Shown one piece after another: positions 22,060-38,679 of a DNA stretch of 64,000 nucleotides (position 1 is its first letter; each line of letters starts with the position of its first letter). The notes below the pieces were generated by a model. The model was not told the DNA's origin, did no database searches, and saw only the letters and a list, made by a program, of their open reading frames with translations. Source of the stretch: Hyaloraphidium curvatum SAG 235-1. Lineage: Eukaryota; Fungi; Monoblepharomycota. The stretch covers positions 496,001-560,000 of the forward strand of contig JAIVFI010000032.1 in NCBI GenBank assembly GCA_025558095.1. Direction: 5' to 3'. The position numbers and the translations under genes are program-made.

Positions 22060-22439
22060 CTCATCTTCCTGCCATGAGGGCCATGAGGGCAATCAGCATC
22101 ATCGCCATGTTCGTGTGGTCCGTCAGGGCTTCGAGTTCCATTTCGTCGGCCCGCTTCTCGTGCTCTCATGCAGCTTCCTGGCGATCTCGGCCATCTTCGT
22201 TTCCGCGGCGGCCAGGCGGGCCTCGAGTTTGGCCACCGTCCCCTTGGTCTCCGCCAGGGCCTGCTCAGCCTCGAAGAGGTGCTCGTCGAGGGTCGCCTTG
22301 ACGTGGCCATCCAGCTCTTCGAAGGGCCCGACGTGGCCGCAGAACGGATAGCGGCACGACTGGGGCCGCCTCGGGCACCCGGTTGCGTGGCCGGCGAAAG
22401 TCCTTCGTGGGGCTCTGAACTCGCACCCGGCGGGGCCAT
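22060..22439 (-). pseudogene. Degenerate zinc-finger/coiled-coil fragment
   Basis: CRYPFCGHVGPFEELDGHV...DEHL followed by a coiled coil; frames broken. Confidence 0.35.
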
Positions 22440-22925
22440 TTTCGGGCAGAGGTGGGCCTCAGGCGGGGTCTATGGATAGTTCGGAAAAGAATGCGAAGCC
22501 GGAAGCAGGCTGCGGGACGGGTCGTGGCCTTGCGGTCCGCGAATTCAAAGTCGCCTCTCCGCGCCGCCGGACCTGCAAACCACGCCTCGACTTCACAGAC
22601 ACGGACAACTGCGTCACACAAGCCCTTGTGTGTACCTCGTGGCGAGCCTCATCCGTCTCGTGCGTGTGGTGAGTAAGCTGTGCTCACTTGCCTCTGCGCC
22701 GTGGCGTTTGGCGCCGCCGGCCGCTCACTGTGGCGACGTGGGCGACACTCCGACCCCCTTGTCACTCCCGCACCGTTCCCCCGAAGGACAGCCGCCGCCC
22801 GAGCGCGTTCTTCTCTGCGACGTCAGCGCACTCCGCCCGCACTCCAGGCACGCCGCGCCCGCCGCTCCCGCGCTTCCCGGGTGTGACTAACCCCACCCGG
22901 TGGCGGCGCCTCGCAGACCGCCGCC

Positions 22926-25531
22926 ATGCCGGACTCCGGGACCGCGAAACCGTTCGAGTTCGACTTTGACGTGCGTCTCGTGCCTTCCGCCCGCCTTCCC
23001 GGCGCCCTCGCATGGCCGGTCGCTGATTCCTTGCCACACCCGCCCCGCCGCATCCCAATGGCTCACCGGCAATGCGACTGGATGATGGGCCGACGATGAC
23101 TGACAGCCTGCGGAGCTCCACAAGAAATGTACGCCCCGCCGGTCTCCCCCATCGCGGCGCAGGCGCTGACGTGTCCCCCGCAGACCTCGCCGAGCGGGAC
23201 CGCCGCGTGCGCTCCGAGCACACGGGCCAGTACATCACCTGCGGCGAGGGCAAGGGCGCCAAGTTCGCGCACTGGCTGCAGGACCCGTGGAACCCGCGCG
23301 TGGAGCGCGAGCCGATCGACGCGGACGTCGACTGCCTGGTGCTCGGCGCCGGGTTCAGCGGCATCTTTGCCTCGGCGAGGCTGAAGCAGGCCGGCGTCAA
23401 GGACTTCAAGGTGCTGGACAAGGCCAGCGGGTGGGGCGGGACCTGGTGTGGGTACCTCGCCTGTCACTGCACCGGTGTGCGCTGATCATCGGGCGCCATG
23501 ATCAGACTGGAACAGGTACCCCGGCTCGGCATGCGACTCGGAGGCCTACTGCGTGAGTTGGACATTCCCGCCCGCGCTCCGATCCCGCTGATCAACTTTC
23601 TTTCTGCAGTACCTGCCCCTTCTTGAGGAGACGGGCTACATGGTGCGCATCCGTGGGCCTCGCCCCCTCTCTCCGGCGCTGATTTCCTCCGCCCCCCCTC
23701 AGCCCTCGCAGAAGTACATCAACGGCTGGGAGATCCGCAAGTACTGCGGCATCCTCGCCGACCACTTCGGCCTGAACGAGCACGCGGTGTGGCAGACCGA
23801 GGCCAAGGACCTCCGGTGGTCCGACACCGACGGCTTCTGGACCGTCACCACGGACCGCGGGGACACCTTCCGCGCGCGGTTCGTGGTTGCCGCTGGCGGC
23901 CCGATCAACGTGCCGCACCTGCCGGACGTGCCCGGGATCGAGACCTTTGGCGGGCACGAGTTCCACACCGCGAGGTGGGACTATGCCTACACAGGCGGAA
24001 AGGACGACGGGGAGTACAAGATGGAGAAGCTCAAGGACAAGCGCGTGGCCATCATCGGGACGGGCGCTACCTCGATCCAGGTGCGTCGGACCCCGCCGTC
24101 GTGATCGTCCGCGCCGACCGATTGCCCCGCGCAGTGCGTTCCGTACCTCGGCGAGTGGGCCAAGGAGCTCTACGTCTTCCGTGGGTGCCTGATACGCGGG
24201 ACGTCGCTTTCTTGCCGCTGACCGGCTCTTTCCAGAGCGCACCCCCTCGGCCGTCGACGTCCGCGACAACAAGCCCACCGACCCCGCGTGGTGGAAGTCG
24301 CTCCCCAAAGGCTGGCAGAACGACCGCGACGACTCTTTCCAGCTCGGCCTGCTGGGCATCCCCGGCAAGGTCCCACTGGACGACGGCTTCTCCAAGTCGT
24401 TCCAGTACCTCTCCAGCCTGGCGCGGGCCAAGGCCATGGGCGAGCCCGACGCGGAAAAGTACTCGCTGCAGGAGTGCCTGGAGCTGGCGGACTACCAGCT
24501 CATGAACCGCATCCGCGCGCGGTGCGACGAGGTGGTCGAGGACAAGAAGACGGCCGAGGCGCTCAAGCCGTGGTACCGACTCGTGGGTCGCCCCGCTCCC
24601 TCGCACCTCGTCCGGCGCTAACAACGAAGGCCGTAGATGTGCAAGCGTCCGGTGTGTGGCGGACCCAGACCGAGGATTGGTCTGGACTGACTTGTTCTGG
24701 CTCCGCCACAGGTGTACTCGGATACTTACCTGCAGACCTTCAACAAGCCGTCGGTGCACCTGGTCGACGTGGCGGACGACAAGGGCATCGAGGGCGTGAC
24801 GGAGAAGGGCATCATCGGTCCCGGCGGCAAGCTGTACGAGGTGGACTGCATCATCTGGTCGGTTCCCCTGCCGGCGAACGGTCTCCGCGCCGCTGACGCG
24901 GGGCCACAGGTCCACGGGCTTCGACATCTTCGGCCTCGGCGTGGAGATCAAGAACACCTTCTCGATCTACGGCCGCGGCGGCGTCACCCGCGCTCAAAAG
25001 TACGAGAAGGAGGGCGTCGCGACGCTGTTCGGCATCTGCACGAGCGAGTTCCCCAACCGTGGGTTTCCCGCGCGCCCCCGGGATCCCGGGCACGGCCGAC
25101 CGACCCCCGCGCCGCCCGCAGTGTTCTACTACGGCCACGCGCAGGGCGCCGTGTCGACCAACTTCACCTCGGTCTACAGGTACTACTCGGAATGGGTCGC
25201 ATTCTGCATCTCGGAGATGCTCAAGCGCGGGGTCAAGGTGGCCGAGGTCACCAAGGACGCGGAGGAGGAGTGGTCGCAGGAGGTGCTGCGGGTGAGCACC
25301 GAGGACGTCAACTTCCGGCTCGAGTGCACGCCCGGCTACGTGGGTTCCGTCGGACGCGGGCCGGCGGGATCGGGCTGACGCGGGCCGCAGTACAACGCCG
25401 AGGGCGACATCGAGAAGCTCACCAAGCTCAAGCGCGGCGTCAACTACGGCGCCGGCCCGCTGGCGTACTACGAGCGGCTCAAGGAGTTCATGAACCGGGC
25501 CGACTTCCGCGAGTTCAAGATGGTCAACTAG
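22926..25531 (+). CDS. Baeyer-Villiger monooxygenase (type I BVMO), many short introns
   Basis: FDFD-PAELHKKYLAERDRR; VLGAGFSG; GGTW-WNRYPG; FGGHEFHTARWD fingerprint; IIGTGATSIQ; QRTP; CKRP; STGF; CTPGYYNAEG. Confidence 0.93.
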
Positions 25532-25904
25532 GGAAGGGGTCGCGAGCAGAGCAGCAACGACGTGGTGCTGCGCCCGAGGAACTGGAGCAGCGACGAGTTC
25601 GAGTCGGCGGATGAGGGCGTAGCGGCTTGTGCATACTTTGGCGATGAGACAATAGGATTTGGATCTAAGCCTATGGCGGGGCTTGGGCCGGTTGACTTTC
25701 AAGGGTCCACGCCACTCTCCCCTTTGGAAGAGGGACCGCCACCTGCGACCAAGTTTGCGGTCTTGCTCTCTCTACCGTCGAATCCTCTGCGCGGCAGGAG
25801 GACGCGCAGCCGGAAGACACACCGCCGGACGCCGGCGGGTTCCATCGCACGGACCCCGCCCCCACCGGGCTGCTGCTGGGTCCAGACACACAGTTTTCCC
25901 GGCG

Positions 25905-28357
25905 ATGGGCCTCTTTGGCACGAAGGAGGAGAAGTTTGTCGAGGCGTGTTGGCTGGAATCGCCAGGGCGACTCCGGAGACTCCTCGCCGACCAGACCATT
26001 GACGTCAACGCCAGGAGCCGCACCTTCGGGCGCACCGGCTTCATCTTCGCTTGCGTTTGCGGCAAACCGGACGTGGTCGCTCTCCTGCTTGCCGATCGTA
26101 GGATCAACGTCAACGCCAAGGACAACAACGGTCGGACGGGGTTCATCGAGGCATGTGCGAACGGCAACTCGGACGTCGTTCGGTTGCTGCTCGGAGATCT
26201 CAGGGTCGACGTCAACGCGAAGAGCAATGATCATCTCTCTGCACTTATGGTCGCTTGCGTGGCCAACCAAGCGCACGTTGTCAAGCTCCTCCTCGGTGAT
26301 TCTCGCGTGGACGTCAACGATTCCGCAGAGCTCGCGAGATTGTCGAGCCTCGTCACAAAGACCCAAGCTGTTCTTCGCTGCGCGACCGCTTTTGTCATTT
26401 CGTGCTGGCTTGGACATTCGGAAACCGTTTGGGAGATGCTCAGGAGCCATGAGGTCGACGCCAATCTTGCCGACGCGGATGGGAACACGGGGCTCATATT
26501 TGCTTGTCAACAAGGCCACGACGAGATCGTGAAGGCGTTGCTCAGTTTCTCGGAACGTGTGGACCTTTGGGCTCGAAATAAGGTCGGATTGGCTGCTGCG
26601 GACTTCGCGAGCCTGCGCGTCAGACAACTTTTGGGGGAGAAACTAGAGGGACCACGCGATCAGCAGCAAAGATTTGGTGCAGCGGCTGATGGTGGTGTGC
26701 CGTTGCCGGATGGTTGGGCAATGGTCGTGGACCGGAGCACGTGCCGCTGGTACTTTGTGGACAACCGGACCTCGCCTCCAACAAGTAAGTGCCCTGCCCT
26801 TCGGTTGTTTGTGGTCACTAATCTTCTTCTCCCGCAAGCCACGTGGACGGATCCTCGCACGGGTACATTCGCTGCCCCGTATCCCCTCAGCAGCACAATG
26901 GAGCCACGGAATCATCCTCCTTCGGAGGGAGTCGACCCCGGGACACCATACGCTGCTGCTGCTGTGGCTGCAGTGGCCCATGCTCCGGATGCCCCCGAGA
27001 ACGACGAGCTCTTCGCACAAGCAGTTGCCATGGGTATCGAGGACCTGGACCGCATCTCCGCCGCTGTGCGGGCATTGTCAGCTGATCCTGCGCAGCCTGC
27101 AATTACGATGGAATCTGTGCTTGACTGGTTGGACCGTGTCGACAGAGCGCCAGCAGCAGCAGACTCGTCACCGGGCTCTTCTCCGTCAGAAAACCGGGTG
27201 GCGCATTTCGAGGACAACCACGACATGGAACGGGAGCTGGAACTGCGACTAAGACATCTTGAGCTACTTGAGCAGCAGGAGGTGGCTGGACCACTTGTTC
27301 CTGAGCAAGGCGCCTCCGAGAGCTACGACCACATTTCATCGAGTGGAGGTTCTGCCGGGACGGAGATATCGTCTTATCTTTCAAAACTCCGGATTACCTC
27401 TTCCGAGGTCTTCTACGACGAACTTCTCGTTCTTGGCGAAGGAGGATTCGGCAAGGTGTATCGAGGTGTACTCCGGGGAGCCACTGCCGTTGCTGTGAAG
27501 ACCATAAAGGGAACCGTCGAGCCAAAGACCGTCAGGATGTTTCTAAGCGAGATTTCGGTTTGGGAAGGGCTCACTCAGCGAAACGGTGGGTCGTTGAACC
27601 TCGCTTCCTGCGCCAGACTGCCAGACTTTGCCAAAATCAGTCCTTCCACTCCTCGCCTTCTGCGAGTCACCGCCAATGATGATATCTGAACTCTGCGAGC
27701 AGGGCAACATGCGTAAACGCCTTGACGAGCTGGATTGGGATCAGTCGGTGGGCCTTCGGTACCTGAGAGGGGCGGCCGACGGGATGGCGTACCTCCACTC
27801 TTTCCGCGTACTCCATGGCGACCTCAAGTCTCTAAACATCATGATTGGTATGCTCTCGCGCCTTTTCTTTCCATCATATCCTTTGACCAAAGCCTACCTG
27901 GTGCAGACCATGACATTCCCAAGATTGCTGATTTTGGTCTCTCCCGTGTGCGCACACACCTCTCGATCTCGTCAACTGCAAACGGTGGCGGCTCTTCGGG
28001 TACGCCTGCGTTCATGGCGCCCGAGCTTTGGGACGGTGAAAGGCTACGGGCCCCCGGGGACGTCTACTCGTTCGCCATGGTGTGCTACGAGGTGACGAGC
28101 GAGGGAATGTATCCCTTCCAGGGGATGATCGCAATGGCGGTGGGTCTGCGTGCCTCAAACAACGGGTTAAGACAACGAAACTGATCTTGTTGCGCCTGCA
28201 GATCATGAGGAAGGTTTGCGACGAGCAGAAGAGGCCTTCAAGGCCCGACGCAGCCAGCGATGCGATCTGGGCGCTGATGCAGAGGATGTGGGCGCATCGG
28301 CCAGAAGACAGGCCGACGTTCGTGGAGATTGCGGCGGAAATGGCGCGGTGGCGTTAG
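25905..28357 (+). CDS. Ankyrin repeat-WW-UBA-like-TKL protein kinase
   Basis: Ankyrin repeats (VNAKDNNGRTGFIEAC), WW (PLPDGWAM...WYFVDN...TWTDPR), UBA-like MGIED...VLDWL, kinase LGEGGFGKVY, AVK, LHGDLKSLNI, ADFGLS, GTPAFMAPE, DVYSFAM, RPTF. Confidence 0.9.
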
Positions 28358-28527
28358 CTCTGAGGCCAGGTGTTTCGACTTCCGACCAGTCTGTCAAACG
28401 CTGCCTGGTGACGAAGCCGGTGACAAAAGTACGAAAGAGGACGCAGGACATAAGGTCAAGGTCGCCGCAGTGCGAAATAGTTCACCGGTATCTACAGCTG
28501 TGCACCCCATGCCCCGCAGCACGCCCC

Positions 28528-29913
28528 TCACTCCATCTTGGGCTCGCACATCTCCTCGGGCCGCACCCACTTGTCGAACTCCTCCGAGGTCAGGTAGCCC
28601 AGCGCCAGGGCCGACTCCTTGAGCGTGGTGTGCTCCTTGTGCGCCTGTTTCGCGATCTGCGCGGCCTTGTCGTAGCCTGCGTCGGGAGAGGTCGGCGATC
28701 GGCGTTGCATTAGGCTGCGGCGAACTCACCGATGTGGCGATTGAGCGCCGTGACGAGCATGAGGGAGTTGTTCAGGTACTCCTTGATTTCTGAATCGCGG
28801 TTCCGTTAGCGAGCTGTGGGACACGGCGGTCGTAAGTGACGTACTCGGCTCGTTGGCCTGGATCCCCTCGACACAGTTTCTGCAGACCGCGGATTGAGTT
28901 CGGCAACGCCCACGAGCTCCTGCAAGAACCCACTTTGCGAACGATTTGGAGGCGTCCCCGAGCAAGCGGATGGAATGGAGCACGTTCCGGATGATGAGCG
29001 GCTTGAACACGTTGAGCTTCCGAGGCCGCAGGTCACAACCTGCCCATCTTCCCGGCATCCACTCCACCGCTCACCTCAAAGTGCCCGTTCGCTCCGCCCA
29101 CCGTCACCGCCACCTGGTTCCCCATGACCTGGCCGCACACCATCGTCAGCGCCTCGCACTGCGTGGGGTTCACTTTCCCGGGCATAATCGACGATCCGGG
29201 CTCGTTTTCCGGCAGGAACAGCTCTCCCAGGCCGCAACGCGGGCCGGATCCGAGTAGCCGCACGTCCGAGGCGATCTTGAAGAGGGAGCAAGCGAGCACG
29301 TTGAGCTGCCCGTGGAGGTCGACGAGGGCGTCGTGGCCCGCGAGGGCCTCGAATTTGTTGGGCGCCGTCCTGCCGTGCCGTGAGCGGGCCAGCTTCTGCG
29401 CGGTGCTGGGTGCCAAGACACCCACACAAAGGGGTAGCCCGTCGACTTGGCGATCTCGGCGGCGACCGCAACGTCGAACCCCGGGAAAGTGTTGAGTCCG
29501 GTTCCGACGGCCGTGCCCCCAAGCGCAAGCTGGTACACCCCGTCGAGGGCGCCTTCCACCCGCTTGATCCCGTTCTCCACCATCTTTGCGTAACCCGAGA
29601 ACTCCTGGGACAGCCGTAGCGGGACGGCGTCCTGCAGGTGGGTACGCCCGATCTTGACGATGTGCGAGAAGCGCTGGCAGCACTTTTCGAGCTCCGAGAG
29701 GAGGTAGCGGAGGGACGGGAGGAGGCGCTGGTGGACCTCGACGACGGCAGCGATGTGCATTGCGCCGGGAAAAGTGTCGTTCGAAGATTGGCTGCGGGGA
29801 AAGTGAGGAACGCCACCCAACGCCGAATGGGGGCCCACCTCATGTTCACGTGGTCGTTCGGGTGTATCTTCGACTTCTCCTCCCCGAGCTTCCCGCCCAT
29901 CATCTGGAACGCC

Positions 29914-29946
<33 letters not shown>

Positions 29947-30710
29947 CTCTGGGTCCCCGAGCCCGTCTGCCAGACGACGAGCGGGAAGTGCTCCATGAGC
30001 CGCCCCTCGATGACCTCCTCCGCCGCGTGCTGGATGAGCTCCGAGATCTTGGGGTTGAGGCCGAACTTGACGTTGACGATGGCCGCGGCCCGCTTGATGA
30101 TGCCAAAGGCGCGGATCACGGGGCGAGGCTGTCGGAAAGAGGCGGGATCAGGAGACGTCGGGGACCTGTAGGACGTCGAAACCCGCCATGTGATCGTCGG
30201 GCGTGTTGATTTCAAAGTTTTGGAGCGACCTGAGGGGGTAGACCGGGGGTAAGGAGGTGTCACGGCTGGCGGGGCGGTGAAGGTGTCGCTGACCTCTGAG
30301 TCTGGGCACCTGCGGCACCGAGACACGGAATCGATGAGCATCGACTTCGCTACGATCGCCAACTCTTCGAAACCCACCCCAAAGCTTGTCCGAAGGCACG
30401 AGAATCTCCCCCATCGTGTCCCGCTCCGTCCTGAAGCTCGACGTGTGCGGGTGGAGTTCCTGGTCCATCTCGACTGGCGGAACACAATCTCCGTCGGTTT
30501 CCCCACATCTCGGCGACCGCAAAGCCGGGATTCACCGGTATTGCGCCTCAGGAACTTGCGCAGCTCTGGCTCGCCCTCGGAAACCTTCCGCGGCGACTCC
30601 GACATTGGCGACGTCACCAGGCCGTCCTTCGACCCGCCGAGCGACGACGAGAGCTTAATCTCGACGGGCGCGGTGCCATTGACGGGCTGAGGAAGCGGTT
30701 GGTCTGGCAT
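28528..30710 (-). CDS. FUM1: Class II fumarate hydratase, multi-exon
   Basis: [65 protein letters not shown] signature, [10 protein letters not shown]. Confidence 0.96.
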
Positions 30711-30884
30711 CGCGGCGGAAGTTGTCCGTGGCGTCGACGTGACGTTGGGCCCCGCGCGTTCGATCGTCGTCCCTGCGCTGCTGCTTCCTCCGAATCACCG
30801 GCTATTCGATCGACTACCACCGCACGGTATCCTCATTTTTCTCAATCTACAGTCTAGTGTCCCATAGATATCCCGTGTCGCCGC

Positions 30885-34735
<3,851 letters not shown>

Positions 34736-35098
34736 CTACTTCTACCCATCTGCCACAGCCCGCGGGGCTCGTCATAGATTCCGTGGGCCAAGCTAACCGG
34801 CTCCCATCCCGATCGCTATCCCCGCCGAAGTAAAGCGCGGAAGGCTCGATCGGGCCACTCGTGCATCTCTTTGCTTGTTCCATTTTGGACCTGCCATGTG
34901 ACCGGTCGACTCGAGCAGCCGAGTTCTGGCGACGTCCGTGGCGGCGGCATGCGGCGGTGCGGCAAACCAGCAAACGGTCCCCCGAATCCCAACCGCCGCG
35001 GACCCCCCTGCCGCGCGGGGAGCAGCCGGCGGGGCGGGGCACGTTGCACGCTGTCTGCGCGGCTCAGCTCCCGGGCCCGGCCGGGCCGCCCCGCCGCG

Positions 35099-36454
35099 AT
35101 GCGAGGCTGCAAAGGGCCCTTCCGGGTTCTCGCCGCGCTCGCCGTGCTCGCCCTGGTATCAACCGCAGCCGGAGCCGATGATTCCAGCGGCGAGCCGTGG
35201 GACTGGGAAGCTTCCTCCGGCTTCCAATTGGCGCCGAACGCCGCCCCGGACGTCCTTGCCGACCAGCCGACGGGCGACGCCTTCCCCCTCCCGCGCAAGC
35301 AGTTCCCCGCCGCCTCCTCCTCGCTCCTCCTCCTCGGCCACTGGTCACTTATGGAGGGCACCGCACGGACGGACTTCCAGCGCGGCAGGCTGCTCCTCCG
35401 CGTCTCGGGCACCACGTCAGTCACGGTGCACTGCCTGCGCCCCGGGTCCGAGCTCGGCGACGCGCCGGTGGACGCCTTCTTCCGGGTGCTCCCCGGGAGC
35501 GGCACGTGGAGGCAGGGAAGCGTGGCGTGCGCGCAGTCGGGGGCGTCGATGGGTGCTCCCGGCGCTCTCCTCGTCGCCGGTCTCGACCCCGCGGGAACGC
35601 ACGACGTCGAGGCCGATTTCGGGTTCCAGACGGTGCAGTGGAACGCCACCGACCCACGCCCCTTCGTGATCGAGAGCGTCGGCCTGGATCCCGGCGACCA
35701 AAGTACCCTCCTGCCGGGTCCACGGAAGCCGGTGATCGAGTTTGTCGGCGACAGCATCACCCGCGCCTCGGGCATCTCCGCCGCGCACCCGGACCGGCGG
35801 ACGTCGTACGCGGCCGAGGCGGCGAGGCTGCTGGCCGCGGACCACTCGGTCGTCGCGCTGGCGGGCACCGGCCTCCTCACCACCCCCTCTATGGCCGCTT
35901 CGTATCTCGCCGAGTCGTTCCACCCGGGCTCGCCCCCCTTCGATTTCGCCGCGCGCACATACGCCCCCCGCATCGTCGTCGTGGCACTCGGCACAAACGA
36001 CCGCCAGCTGGACCGCAACGGCACCCTCTTTCTCGCCGCGTACCGCGCCTTCGTCTCCTCATTGATCGCGCGGCACGCCAAGGATACGGTGTACGTCGCG
36101 CTGACCCCCTTCGGCCGGTACCTGCGCTCCCAGCGCCGCGTGGAAAGGCTGTATATCCCCGCTTTGTGGCAGAAGATCGCCGCGGGCCACGGGGCGAGGG
36201 TGCTTGTGCTCGACACCGTCGGTTGGCTCGACGGCAAGAACGCGGCCGTCTACCTGGAGGACCACGTGCATCCGTCGGCCGAGGGTCATCTGTATCTGGG
36301 GGAGAAGGTGGCGGAGGGGCTGAGGAGGATCGGGGCGGTGGATTGGCTTCCTGCGGTGCCGACGAGGCCGGCGGTGCAGGCGAGGAGGACGACGCGCCGG
36401 GGCCGGGCGACGACGGGTCGGCGGCGGGTCACGACGACCAAGAGGCGGACATAG
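35099..36454 (+). CDS. Secreted SGNH/GDSL esterase (CE2-like), intronless
   Basis: Signal peptide; IEFVGDSIT, VALAGTG, ALGTND, DHVHP blocks; basic Thr/Arg tail. Confidence 0.85.
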   Translation: MRGCKGPFRVLAALAVLALVSTAAGADDSSGEPWDWEASSGFQLAPNAAPDVLADQPTGDAFPLPRKQFPAASSSLLLLGHWSLMEGTARTDFQRGRLLLRVSGTTSVTVHCLRPGSELGDAPVDAFFRVLPGSGTWRQGSVACAQSGASMGAPGALLVAGLDPAGTHDVEADFGFQTVQWNATDPRPFVIESVGLDPGDQSTLLPGPRKPVIEFVGDSITRASGISAAHPDRRTSYAAEAARLLAADHSVVALAGTGLLTTPSMAASYLAESFHPGSPPFDFAARTYAPRIVVVALGTNDRQLDRNGTLFLAAYRAFVSSLIARHAKDTVYVALTPFGRYLRSQRRVERLYIPALWQKIAAGHGARVLVLDTVGWLDGKNAAVYLEDHVHPSAEGHLYLGEKVAEGLRRIGAVDWLPAVPTRPAVQARRTTRRGRATTGRRRVTTTKRRT

Positions 36455-36639
36455 TGTAGCCTTGCCGGATGGTGATTGGTAGCCCAGATCTGACCTGATG
36501 GAGCCCGTGCCGGAAAGCCGTCCGCGCGTCCTCTGTTTACGCGCCGCCGGGAAGTCCCCCATCGCACGACAGCGCCCGCACCGCGCTGCCGACCCATCGC
36601 ACCAATAGCCCGAGATCGATCGAATCGGCTGATCGGGCC

Positions 36640-37962
36640 ATGGAGGAGTACCGCCCCCTCGGCCCCCTCCCTCCGGGCCGCCCGGCGCAGACGGTTATTG
36701 TTGTCGGCGCCGGCCCCGCCGGCCTCGCCTGCGCGCTCGAGCTCTCGATCGCCGGGCACGACGTGACCGTATTGGAAGCCCGTGATGTCCCCGGCGGCCG
36801 CGTCCGGACGATCCGGCCGGCGCGCCACGGGGTCGCCGAGGTCGGCGCGACGTTCCTGCCGGACAACCATCCGCTGACGATGCGGTTCGCCGCCGAGTCG
36901 GGGCTGCCGCTGGTGGCGTACCCCGACCCCGTGCCGAACCCCGTGCCGGCTGCGGGACGCGTCCCGCCGAGGGCGCCGGCAGCGATGGCGGCGGTGGCGG
37001 AGCGGCTGGGCGGGTTCCCTCCGCCCATCGGGGACCCGGGCGCCTGGGCCCCGCTGGACGCCGTCTCCCTCGCCGACCTGCTGCGCTCCGAGGGGCTGTC
37101 GGAGGATGACATCGAGGCCGCCAGCCTTACGCTGCTGGGCAACCTGGGTGACGGCATCGGCACCGTCTCGGCGCTCGCCGCCGCGCGGCAGCTCGCCCTG
37201 CAGCGCGGCCGCAAGGGGAGCTTCGCCGTCGTCGGCGGGAACGACCTGCTCCCCGCAAAGCTCGCCGACAGGCTGGGGCATCGGGTGCGGTACAATGCCG
37301 AGGTGACCGCCGTGCGGCAGGACGCCTCGGGGGTCACCGTGACCTACCACGGGCCGGACGGCACCATATCCTCGCTCCCCGCGGACCGCGCCGTCCTCGC
37401 GATCCCCACCCCCGCCCTATCCCGCGTCTCCGCTTCTCCCCCGTTCTCCGGCGCCAAGTTGGCCGCCATCAGTCGCCAGCGCTGGACCTCGGTCGCGAGG
37501 GTGTTCCTCCTCGCCGAGCGGCGGTTCTGGGACCCCGCGCGGTTCGGGCTGCTCGCGTCGACCGCGGACCCGGCGGTGCGGTGGGTCGCCGGGCCGCCCG
37601 CCGCGGAGGGGGAAGGCGACGTGCTGGTCGCGTACGTCATGGGCCCCACGGCGAGGGCGCTGGCCTCCATGGACGACGGAGGAAGGGCTGCCTGGGCGCG
37701 CGCCGAGGCCGCCAAGGTGTTCCCGCACTGGCCCGAAGCCGCGACCGCGGAGTGCCTTTCCTATTCCTGGGACGCGGACCCGTTCGCGGGCGGGGGATAC
37801 CCCTGGCCCGCGCCGGGCGACGACGCGCTGCCGGCTGCGCTGGCGGAAAAAGGGGGGAGGGTGCACTTCGCGGGCGAGCACACGACGCAGCATTACGGGT
37901 GGATACAGGGGGCGATCGAGAGCGGGTTGCGCGCGGCGAGGGAGGTCCATGAGGGGGTGTGA
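36640..37962 (+). CDS. Flavin monoamine oxidase family protein, intronless
   Basis: VVGAGPAGL, LEARDVPGGRVRT, EVGA, SWDADPFAGGGY, VHFAGEHT...GWIQGAIESGLRAA. Confidence 0.92.
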   Translation: MEEYRPLGPLPPGRPAQTVIVVGAGPAGLACALELSIAGHDVTVLEARDVPGGRVRTIRPARHGVAEVGATFLPDNHPLTMRFAAESGLPLVAYPDPVPNPVPAAGRVPPRAPAAMAAVAERLGGFPPPIGDPGAWAPLDAVSLADLLRSEGLSEDDIEAASLTLLGNLGDGIGTVSALAAARQLALQRGRKGSFAVVGGNDLLPAKLADRLGHRVRYNAEVTAVRQDASGVTVTYHGPDGTISSLPADRAVLAIPTPALSRVSASPPFSGAKLAAISRQRWTSVARVFLLAERRFWDPARFGLLASTADPAVRWVAGPPAAEGEGDVLVAYVMGPTARALASMDDGGRAAWARAEAAKVFPHWPEAATAECLSYSWDADPFAGGGYPWPAPGDDALPAALAEKGGRVHFAGEHTTQHYGWIQGAIESGLRAAREVHEGV

Positions 37963-38069
37963 ATGGCCACCTGTCGCATCTCTCCGGTTGTCACAGGGTG
38001 CCCAGGATCGTGTCCACCAGCTTCTGCGGCATGCTCAGCGCCACCGAAAGCCCCCCGGCACCTTAATTC

Positions 38070-38520
38070 GGTCTTCAGAAACTATGTCGAGGGAATCCAG
38101 GCCAACGAGCCCAGTACGTGGCTTTCGGCCGCCGTTGGACAGCTCGCTGACGAATCCACGATCTAGAAATCAAGGAGTACCTCAACAACTCCCTCATGCT
38201 CGTCACGGCCCTCAACCGCCGCATCGGTGAGTTCGCCGCTGCCTACTCCAAAGCCGATCGCCGACCTCAGCCGACGCAGGCTACGACAAGGCGGCGCAGA
38301 TCGCGAAAAAGGCGCACAAGGAGCACACCACGCTCAAGGAGTCGGCCCTGGCGCTGGGCTACCTGACCTCGGAGGAGTTCGACAAGTGGGTGCGGCCCGA
38401 GGAGATGTGTGAGCCCAAGATGGAGTGAGGGGCGTGCTGCGGGGCATGGGGTGCAGAGCTGTAGATCCCGGTGAACTATTTCGCGCTGCGACGACGGTGA
38501 TATTCGTGTGCTGCGTCCTT
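38070..38520 (+). pseudogene. Inverted partial duplicate of the fumarase 3' end (last exons, introns and 3' flank)
   Basis: [11 protein letters not shown]|[19 protein letters not shown]|[16 protein letters not shown]...EPKME*; near-identical to the reverse complement of ~28440-28890. Confidence 0.9.
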
Positions 38521-38679
38521 CGAGAAAGCAGTAGGGGCCGCCAACCGTGCGGAAGAGTCTTGGTAGCAAATCTCCAGGAGTTGATTTGTCGGGGGGCGCC
38601 GGCATCGACTCACCGGCCCGTCCGGAGCGCAGAGGCTTCACATCCCTCAACCAGCGCCCCCGCACCGCACCTTCCGACC

